Source: Psychrobacter sp. DM4 (lineage in GTDB: Bacteria > Pseudomonadota > Gammaproteobacteria > Pseudomonadales > Moraxellaceae). Taken from it: DNA of 32,000 bases. Numbering within the stretch: the first letter of the stretch is position 1; each line of letters begins with the position of its first letter. The stretch is taken from the NCBI RefSeq assembly GCF_051307035.1, contig NZ_CP195536.1:1170001-1202000 (forward strand), given 5' to 3'. Positions 20,748 through 27,674 of this stretch are shown here, piece after piece. The notes beneath the pieces were generated by a model. The model made no database searches. It was not told the DNA's origin and saw only the letters and a program-made list of their open reading frames with translations. The translations under genes and the position numbers were made by a program.

Positions 20748-21959
20748 ATGGCGTTTGTTTGCTTAAAAGACAATCAGACTATTTATAGTTTTCATTACGC
20801 CTTAAAGGACTGGATTGCTTTGAAAGAGGATAAGCACTCTTCTTTCAAAATGTCTTGTTGCAACACGCCCGCCATCCTTAAAACAAGTAAGCTTGGCACA
20901 CAGTTCTTTTCTCATAAAGCCAAGCCTACCGATACAGATTGCTCAAGCGGTGGTGAAACGGCTGAGCACATACATATCAAGTACCTGGTCAGTAAAACTC
21001 TGTTCGAATGTGGTTGGAATGTGCAAGTCGAAAAACGTGGTGTATCAAGCAAGGGCGAGGAATGGATAGCGGATATCTATGCCACTAAAGGCAAGGCTAA
21101 GATCGCCATTGAGGTGCAGTGGAGCCCGCAAGCATTTATTGAAACCAAACGTCGTCAACAGGTTTATAAAGACTCAGGTGTTAGAGGCTTATGGCTGCTT
21201 AGAAGTGGCTCAATCAAAGATAGAAATGCCATTACCGGTGATTACTTGTATAAAACCAAGGATGTGCCAGTATTTTCGGTCTACAAAAACAAAAAAGAGC
21301 CTGGTAGCTCCTACAAGGTTTTCAATGTCAATCAGGAAGATACCGAGGAGGGTTTGATTTATGAGCGTTTTGAGCCGATTGCGTTGGATTTAGGGGATTT
21401 CATCTCTATGATGATGTCATCACAGATAAAGTTTTATGCAAAATACAGCCGTAGCACAGAGTTGTTTTTAAAAATCATTAAGCAAAAATGTTGGGCTTGT
21501 AAGAGAAGCATGAATAGCGTGGCCAAGGTTGTTTATAGAAACACCAATTATGGTGTGCCTTACGAGGATCGTCGTTATAGCGGTCATATAACAGATTGTG
21601 ACAGTGACACCATTCAGGTTATCAATAACAACCTTGCTCAGACTTATGGGTTTGCGCCTCTAAAAAGCATGTATAGCAAAACAATGGGCGGCAGCTTCGT
21701 GTCTAACTCATGCCCGCATTGTGGTGTTTTGATGGGTAACTTCTTTACTGAGCGAGCATTCATTGAGGCCCGCTACCATAACCGCGTCATACAAACAGAT
21801 AGTATCAATATTTCTAGAACACCAGTCATCGTAAATGGCAAAGAAATGGAAGTCGACTTTGAGCGCGGTGAGTGGGTACTACTTAACACCTTGCCTAAAC
21901 AAACCCCGATATCATTCAGGCTACCTAAGAATTTTGTAAAACTGACAAAGCCCTGTTAA
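20748..21959 (+). CDS. CoiA-like nuclease-fold protein (403 aa) with C-terminal Zn-ribbon
   Basis: The N-terminal pattern FKMSCCNTPAILKTSKLGTQFFSHKAK resembles the CoiA CxxC...HFAH motif. It is followed by ETAEHIHIKYLV...WIADIYATKGKAKIAIEVQWSPQ...RRQQVY...GVRGLWLL, which is the PD-(D/E)XK-like D...E-x-Q core of the CoiA family. The C-terminal half carries CWAC...CPHC. Confidence 0.65.
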   Translation: MAFVCLKDNQTIYSFHYALKDWIALKEDKHSSFKMSCCNTPAILKTSKLGTQFFSHKAKPTDTDCSSGGETAEHIHIKYLVSKTLFECGWNVQVEKRGVSSKGEEWIADIYATKGKAKIAIEVQWSPQAFIETKRRQQVYKDSGVRGLWLLRSGSIKDRNAITGDYLYKTKDVPVFSVYKNKKEPGSSYKVFNVNQEDTEEGLIYERFEPIALDLGDFISMMMSSQIKFYAKYSRSTELFLKIIKQKCWACKRSMNSVAKVVYRNTNYGVPYEDRRYSGHITDCDSDTIQVINNNLAQTYGFAPLKSMYSKTMGGSFVSNSCPHCGVLMGNFFTERAFIEARYHNRVIQTDSINISRTPVIVNGKEMEVDFERGEWVLLNTLPKQTPISFRLPKNFVKLTKPC

Positions 21960-22218
21960 GCGTTTGCTATTATAGCCTAGCAGGGTTTCTTTGTGCCAAA
22001 TCGTACTAGGCGCATATCACTCTACTCTATGAATACTGATAATGCGATATCCTAAAAAAGGACAGAATAGTCACCTGATGAGTAAGAGGAAATTAAACAT
22101 CACCTTTATAAGTTGTCAGTCACTCGTGATCAATATCGACTCAAAATATCGCATAACCTAGAAAAAAATTACTAGGTAATCTACTATACTTGTCTTAACG
22201 ATAATCACTGATGAGCGA

Positions 22219-23094
22219 GTGAACATGACAGCTATTTTAATTGATGAGGATGAACCTCTTATTGAAACAATAGCCCATGCCTGCGCCATTACCTTTAAAG
22301 GCAATGCCAGCAACGGACTACAACAAGACGCATTTTTCTTCTTAGATCACTGGTATCAAGAGGATTTAGGAGTGATGCCAGCGACCCAAGTTGTTGCTCC
22401 ATTTTGCCTTGCCGTATCGGACGGTGTCGGTAGTTCTAACCAGTCACAGCACTGTTCAAAGGCAGTTGTCAAAGCAATTAGATCACTATGGAATGACGAT
22501 CAAGTAAACGTCCGAAACATGACCTCAGATCGTATCTATCAACAACTGAGCCAAACCAAGCACACCAAAAAACGCTATGGTGCTGCGTCAACTCTCGCAA
22601 TGATCATCGGCGCGCTGAATGATGACGACTCAATCAATATAGACATCACTCATGTAGGTGACAGCCGTGTGTACTTGCTAACAAAAGAATCAAAAGAATG
22701 GCAATGCTTGACTCGTGATCATAATCTGCTTAATGAGCTGGTAGATGAGCAAGCGAAAGATGAAGATCGCCAAGTAGAGTTTACGGAGTACAATCGCACA
22801 GGTATGGCAGGCAGCTTATATAGCATTACTGAATGCTTTGCTTTAGCAGTAGATAGTGATGACCCAAGCAGCGAGCCACCTAAAAGTATAAGGCAAAACA
22901 TCACGGTACAATCAGGCAATAGTCTCATTGTCTGTACTGACGGTGTTCATGACTTAGTGCCAAGTAATGAATGGGCGCGTATCGATAATCAAACGGATTT
23001 ACAGGAGTGGCTACAGTCGCTTAGGAATCAAGTGTATGACTCAGATGGTCATGCTTATGATAATGGCACGGCGATTGTGGTGCGGTTTGATTAA
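22219..23094 (+). CDS. PP2C-family Ser/Thr protein phosphatase (about 290 aa)
   Basis: PP2C signature blocks are present: AVSDGVGS, HVGDSRVYL, VCTDGVHD and DNGTAIVV. The start could be GTG 22219 or ATG 22225. Confidence 0.8.
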   Translation: MNMTAILIDEDEPLIETIAHACAITFKGNASNGLQQDAFFFLDHWYQEDLGVMPATQVVAPFCLAVSDGVGSSNQSQHCSKAVVKAIRSLWNDDQVNVRNMTSDRIYQQLSQTKHTKKRYGAASTLAMIIGALNDDDSINIDITHVGDSRVYLLTKESKEWQCLTRDHNLLNELVDEQAKDEDRQVEFTEYNRTGMAGSLYSITECFALAVDSDDPSSEPPKSIRQNITVQSGNSLIVCTDGVHDLVPSNEWARIDNQTDLQEWLQSLRNQVYDSDGHAYDNGTAIVVRFD

Positions 23095-23161
23095 CCTTTT
23101 TATAAGAGCCTACTTTTAAGATGACAGTTTGATAGATTCTATAACCTATAGAGTAGCTTAT

Positions 23162-24250
23162 ATGTCTACACACCCAATCGCAACCTACAAAAAATCAGCC
23201 CGTTTGTTTGCGCTCTATCAGCGCTTGCCACGTAGTAAAGACAAGGCAATATCACTCACAGAGCTAATGAATGTTTATGGCAATAATCCTAACCATTACG
23301 CAAACGAGCGCAAAAATTTAGAGAACGATCTAACAAGTCTCAATCAAATATTCAATGACGTTTTTCACAGCGATGCTTTAATGCGTCTGCCAGCTTGGGG
23401 ACGGAATATCAGCGGACAGACGGCAAGGTTTTATATTGAGCCAAGCTTTAGTATTGATGTCATTAATGAGCAAACGGTGTTCTTTTGGCAAATGCTTGAT
23501 AAATATACCGCAAACTATTTACCAACGTCTTTCAAGCAAAGTATTAGTGAAAAGCTTGCCCAGTTAGATCGTCAAGATAAGACCAGCTTCAATCAAAGCA
23601 GACTAGGGCAGTGGCAAAATCATCTCATTACCCTGCCAAGTATCGTACAAGCACCAAAGCTTGATAGTGACGTGCTCGCTAGTATCCATCAGGCGTTATT
23701 ACACAACAAGCAGCTTCAAATCAGCTATCAAAACAAATGGCGTAACAGTCCTACAATCAGGGTAATCTATCCTAAAGGACTTATTTTTATCGACAATATG
23801 ATCTATCTTACTGGGTTTAATCCAACGAGTGATCATATCGGTGATAACGTCCTGTTGAAGGCACATCGTAATTTTGCAGTTAATCGTATTGAAGCAGCTG
23901 AAGTAACAGAGCAGTTGGTACCGGACTGGGTAGTGCGCAATGCTTTTACTCTTGAGAATCTACGTAAGCTAGGAAAGTTGGAATTGAATAATGGTTTAAA
24001 AATCGGACTGGTTCTAAAGGTGCAAAAATATGCCTGCCAGCATTTATATGAGCGGCCGTTATCATCTACTCAAACGATTACGGTTATCGATGACACTTGG
24101 AACGAAGTGCGTGCAACAGTTGCCAATACGCAGCGCTTGCAAGACTGGCTGGTTAGTATGTCGCAGTTGGCAGTGGTGATTGAGCCTAACGAGTTAAAAG
24201 CAGTAATTTTAGAGCGCCTAGAAAGTGGAATGAAATTATATACAAAATAG
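23162..24250 (+). CDS. WYL-domain transcriptional regulator with N-terminal wHTH (BrxR/CapW-like architecture)
   Basis: N-terminal HTH-like ARLFALYQRLPRSKDKAISLTELMNVYG. WYL-type block LQISYQNKWRNSPTIRVIYPKGLIFIDNMIYLTGF. Preferred start is ATG 23162; the ORF-track start at 23129 is a non-ATG extension. Confidence 0.7.
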   Translation: MSTHPIATYKKSARLFALYQRLPRSKDKAISLTELMNVYGNNPNHYANERKNLENDLTSLNQIFNDVFHSDALMRLPAWGRNISGQTARFYIEPSFSIDVINEQTVFFWQMLDKYTANYLPTSFKQSISEKLAQLDRQDKTSFNQSRLGQWQNHLITLPSIVQAPKLDSDVLASIHQALLHNKQLQISYQNKWRNSPTIRVIYPKGLIFIDNMIYLTGFNPTSDHIGDNVLLKAHRNFAVNRIEAAEVTEQLVPDWVVRNAFTLENLRKLGKLELNNGLKIGLVLKVQKYACQHLYERPLSSTQTITVIDDTWNEVRATVANTQRLQDWLVSMSQLAVVIEPNELKAVILERLESGMKLYTK

Positions 24251-24317
24251 CTGATCAAGAGTTTTACCAAAATCACTCAAACACAAATACATTTTTTAAT
24301 TTAATCAAGGGGCTAGA

Positions 24318-25343
24318 ATGACCACACCTAACTTATTTAAATTTGCCACCTCTGAATTATCACAAGACGCTTTTATTTGTTGGCTTCTTTCTTGGGCAGA
24401 CCAAGACTATCAGACAGGAAGCGATAAGCATAGAGCGCTAAATAGATTAGCAACCAGTGTGTTGGCGTTATTCTTCAAAAAAGCGGGTAAATCGCTACCA
24501 AGTCGTATTGATAAAGTAGTAGTAAAACGTCAGGTGAGTAATATTGATGTTCTTTGTATTGTTAATGACACTTACTGTGTATTAATCGAAGATAAAGTAG
24601 GTAGTTTGCAGCATTCCGATCAGTTGGTTCGATACAAGCAGTTTATGCTTAATGGACACGCTCAAACCTTTACAGAAGATAAAATCATTCCTATTTATTT
24701 GCAAACGCATGATCAAAGCAACTACAAAGCTGTGTTAAAGGACGGTTTTTATCCAGTAACTAGACAAGATTTATTAGACCTCTTTAATAGTGAACAAAAT
24801 GCGGCACTGCAAGAGAGTGATATATATAGCGATTATCATAACCATCTGCAGTCTATTGAAGAAGCGGTGCAAAGCTTTAAGTCAAAGCCTGTCAACGAAT
24901 GGAAAAAACGCGCTTGGATTGGCTTTTTTCAATATTTACAGTCTTACTTAGGAGAAGGCAATTGGGGTTATGTTGCTAATCCTTCGGGCGGCTTTATGGG
25001 CTTTTGGGGTTTGGGTCATAGAGTAGAAAATAATATAGATATTTACTTGCAAATCGAGCAAGAGAAAATTTGCTTTAAAATGTCTGTTCCTGCTAAGGAA
25101 GGACGAAGTAAGATTAGGAATGAGTTTTATAAACTATTTAAGATAGAAGCTTCTGATTTTGATTTAAAAGTGACTAAGCCAAAGCGCTTTGGTTCAGGTA
25201 GGCATATGACCTTTGCTGTATTAGACACAGATATATTTGATGGTAAAAGTTCAATAGATCTGCAACAGGTAGATAGGCTAATGAATGAAGTGCAAAAATT
25301 CATTAACCATGCCGTAAATCAGTATAAAAATAAAAACGAGTGA
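24318..25343 (+). CDS. PD-(D/E)XK nuclease-family protein (PDDEXK_4-like, 341 aa)
   Basis: N-terminal NLFKFATSELSQDAFICWLLSWAD and core NIDVLCIVNDTYCVLIEDKVGSLQHSDQLVRY give the D...E-x-K arrangement typical of this family. AAGGGG SD lies upstream. Confidence 0.6.
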   Translation: MTTPNLFKFATSELSQDAFICWLLSWADQDYQTGSDKHRALNRLATSVLALFFKKAGKSLPSRIDKVVVKRQVSNIDVLCIVNDTYCVLIEDKVGSLQHSDQLVRYKQFMLNGHAQTFTEDKIIPIYLQTHDQSNYKAVLKDGFYPVTRQDLLDLFNSEQNAALQESDIYSDYHNHLQSIEEAVQSFKSKPVNEWKKRAWIGFFQYLQSYLGEGNWGYVANPSGGFMGFWGLGHRVENNIDIYLQIEQEKICFKMSVPAKEGRSKIRNEFYKLFKIEASDFDLKVTKPKRFGSGRHMTFAVLDTDIFDGKSSIDLQQVDRLMNEVQKFINHAVNQYKNKNE

Positions 25344-25383
25344 TAGTCGCAGTGTCATAATATTTAAAGTAATAAAGGGTCTA

Positions 25384-26028
25384 ATGATGAAATATCAGCT
25401 CGATAAATCGAAAGTAGATGACATTCCATGTATCGCTTTATATCGACCAAATAAAGGCCATTATTCGCCATCTGTTATCGCATGTTTTATCCTCAGTGAT
25501 GGTTGGAATGAGCTGGCATTGCTAAAGCTAAAAGAGAAAGCAGAGGCTGATATTTTAGTAGGCTTACAAACAGATGATCATGAGTATGAACGCTTAGATA
25601 TCATAGAAGGGGTTATTAGATGTCAGCTAGATGAAGTAAACGATGTCATTAGACTGCTTGATGTTAATTCAGCCAGTACGCTTATCGGTATAGACGTTAT
25701 AGATATCGAAAGCTTGTTCAAGCGTGGTTATTCATTTCAGTTTGTCCAAGCAATTGCCACAGGTGAGCCTGAATCAGATATGATAAAAACAGCTACATAT
25801 AAGATGATTGGTCTACTTACCAACGCTCGTAATACTAAAGGGGTGCTTATTGGGACGCAGAGCGTGCAAAGTCTTCCACTGGAAGCCTTTGCTTATATAT
25901 CAGATGCTATTGAGGAGTTGTTGTCTAATGATAATGCATTTACTTATCTCAGCTCAAGTATGACTGAAGAGCCTGACTGTTTTCGTTTAAAGGCGGTTTA
26001 TGCTGAAGAAAAACAAAGCCACACGTAA
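25384..26028 (+). CDS. Hypothetical protein (214 aa) with a FtsZ/tubulin C-terminal-domain-like region
   Basis: Residues about 97-200 (LIGIDVIDIESLFKRGYSF...ATGE...KGVLIGTQSVQSLPLEAFAYISDAIEELLSNDNA) follow, by eye, the FtsZ T7-loop and C-terminal-domain pattern. No GGGTGTG nucleotide-binding N-domain is present. AAAGGG SD lies upstream. Confidence 0.5.
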   Translation: MMKYQLDKSKVDDIPCIALYRPNKGHYSPSVIACFILSDGWNELALLKLKEKAEADILVGLQTDDHEYERLDIIEGVIRCQLDEVNDVIRLLDVNSASTLIGIDVIDIESLFKRGYSFQFVQAIATGEPESDMIKTATYKMIGLLTNARNTKGVLIGTQSVQSLPLEAFAYISDAIEELLSNDNAFTYLSSSMTEEPDCFRLKAVYAEEKQSHT

Positions 26029-26043
26029 TAAACGTATGGCTTT
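26018..26043 (+). terminator. Small hairpin overlapping the stop codon of the 214-aa ORF, between convergent genes
   Basis: GCCACACGT (26018-26026) pairs with ACGTATGGC (26032-26040), 8 of 9 bp, with a 5-nt loop, followed by TTT. Confidence 0.35.
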
Positions 26044-26070
26044 GGCTGCTACTATCGATTGAGGCTAGTT

Positions 26071-26391
26071 CTATTTGCTAATAGAGTCTCCGCGCCACAT
26101 AGCATGCTCACATACTGCACAAAACCAACTCTCTTTTGCCCGCATATAAGCAATATCGGCAGGTACTTCAATAGGACAGGCGTTTCCGCAATATTCACAA
26201 CACACATCATCTAAGCAAGCGTAGCATTGGCTTACGGTTTCAAATAATGTATGGGTACTAATGCTATACTTTTGACAAAGTAAACTAACATAATCCACAT
26301 AGCTGATTTTATGATCATAGGCCCAATAATCCTCACAGACCCGTTTGTCCCAAGCGTTTTGTGTCATGCTCCATTCAATGCTGATGCCCAC
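26071..26391 (-). CDS. Cys-rich hypothetical protein (106 aa), likely Zn-binding
   Basis: This is the only minus-strand gene in the window. Its GTG start is preceded by a strong SD on the minus strand (AAGGAG, 6-nt spacer). Cys clusters: CYACLDDVCCEYCGNAC and CAVCEH. Confidence 0.6.
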   Translation of the reverse strand: MGISIEWSMTQNAWDKRVCEDYWAYDHKISYVDYVSLLCQKYSISTHTLFETVSQCYACLDDVCCEYCGNACPIEVPADIAYMRAKESWFCAVCEHAMWRGDSISK

Positions 26392-26604
26392 AACGTACTC
26401 CTTTTTAATGACCGATACCTATGATTAGCGTTACCTTTTTATAATAATGATATCTATCGAACCAGTCGCACCTATCATCATTAGTGAGCTATTGAGCAGC
26501 AAGATAGGTATATGACATAATAAAGCGTTAGTCAGCATAAAATAGTTTTTGACGGAAACTTAGTTATTGCCAACGAGTATTATTCTAGCAGAAAAGTAGT
26601 CACT

Positions 26605-26625
26605 GGCAAGTATTTTTTACTTACC
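26605..26625 (+). promoter_or_regulatory. Candidate operator upstream of the XRE HTH gene
   Basis: Imperfect inverted repeat GGCAAGTA-TTTTT-TACTTACC (7 of 8 bp) ends 4 nt before the AAGGA SD (26629-26633) of the HTH gene. Confidence 0.3.
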
Positions 26626-26640
26626 AATAAGGATTTTATT

Positions 26641-26853
26641 GTGATTTTTTGTAATCTCCCTGTGCTTTTAGCAGAAAGACGACTTCGAGTTGCTGATTTA
26701 GTAAGGATGACGGATATTAGTAAATCAACACTTCATAGGATTTATAACGATGAGACGACTCGTATAGAGTTCGACACCTTGAATAAGCTATGTCAGGTAT
26801 TAGAAGTCACCCCAGGGGATATTTTGAAGTATATTCCTGATGAGAATGAATAA
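26641..26853 (+). CDS. Small XRE/Cro-C1-type helix-turn-helix transcriptional regulator (70 aa)
   Basis: GTG start has an AAGGA SD 7 nt upstream. Sequence LLAERRLRVADLVRMTDISKSTLHRIYNDETTRIEFDTLNKLCQVLEVTPGDILKY matches the short HTH_26/XRE regulator pattern. Confidence 0.75.
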   Translation: MIFCNLPVLLAERRLRVADLVRMTDISKSTLHRIYNDETTRIEFDTLNKLCQVLEVTPGDILKYIPDENE

Positions 26854-26923
26854 GACTAAGCTTGATAGGAAGGTCGACTGAAATAATACGTTAACTTCCT
26901 CACCTAACTAAAATTGAAATTTT

Positions 26924-26972
26924 AAAATACTCTTTAGCCTTTATTGCTTATAGGTTAAAGAGTATTTTTTTT
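26924..26972 (+). terminator. Strong rho-independent terminator
   Basis: AAAATACTCTTTAGCC (26924-26939) pairs with GGTTAAAGAGTATTTT (26953-26968), 15 of 16 bp, with a 13-nt loop. It runs into a T8 tract ending at 26972. Confidence 0.7.
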
Positions 26973-27104
26973 GCTTAAAAAATTGATTACAGATCAATAT
27001 TTAAGTTATCTAAAGATAAAAATATAACAGCAATATTAAAGGCTTTACAATCGATAAGTTATAACATATCATAATTAGTATGATTCACTATTAACTATAT
27101 CAAA

Positions 27105-27674
27105 ATGAATATTATTCATCTAAAGCCTGCTCAGAAGTTTATAACTTTCAGTAAATATAATTTGGTTGTTCATCAAGATGCGCAAAAGCCATTGTTGATA
27201 TGGCATCAATTTAGGCCAAGAATAGCTAGTATAAATATGGCTAGCTTGAATGATTATTATCGACCACCACTACGTTTGGTAAATGATAAAAACGAGACTT
27301 ATTATTTTTTTAATGAGTTTAGAAGGTTTGATGAAATTCTAATAGAAGAGATGAGTTTACGTCAGCCTTGCTTAGTTGCCGCTGAAAGCCTGAGAGATAT
27401 TAAGTGCTTAGCTTGGAGTGAGGTTGTCCGGCTGGCCTTCTCAAGGGGAATTAATCATCCTGAATTTCTAAAGGCTTTAAGCTCTAGTGCACCAAAAAGC
27501 ATTATTTGCGAACTCATGAATATTGATCGCCTGACGGTAGACAATTATTGTAGGTTTGCTGGTATCAGCCAAAGTGCTTATGAGTATCAGCAGGGCAAAG
27601 CGGCTAATGATGAGATGATGCTAGGTCTGCCCAAAAGTCTGAATTGGATGGACGCCTCTTATGGGTCACACTAA
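27105..27674 (+). CDS. Hypothetical protein (189 aa), first gene of the recombinase operon
   Basis: Its 3' end overlaps the next ORF's start by 14 nt (ATG 27661, TAA 27672-27674). There is no clear SD, so the start is uncertain. Possible HTH-like stretch LTVDNYCRFAGISQSAYEYQQGK. Confidence 0.45.
   Translation: MNIIHLKPAQKFITFSKYNLVVHQDAQKPLLIWHQFRPRIASINMASLNDYYRPPLRLVNDKNETYYFFNEFRRFDEILIEEMSLRQPCLVAAESLRDIKCLAWSEVVRLAFSRGINHPEFLKALSSSAPKSIICELMNIDRLTVDNYCRFAGISQSAYEYQQGKAANDEMMLGLPKSLNWMDASYGSH

Noticed and set aside
22078-22161. 27-codon ORF (MSKRKLNITFISCQSLVINIDSKYRIT) in the 260-nt spacer upstream of the PP2C gene
   Set aside because: It is very short, has no convincing SD and cannot be assessed for conservation. 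The spacer is more likely a promoter or leader region.
11632-26910. The 10-mer CACCTAACTA followed shortly by ATTGAAA occurs both in the terminator at 11632 and at 26901-26917
   Set aside because: It is too short to separate from chance in 32 kb of AT-rich DNA, and I found no extended flanking similarity. It is not treated as a repeat element or insertion boundary.
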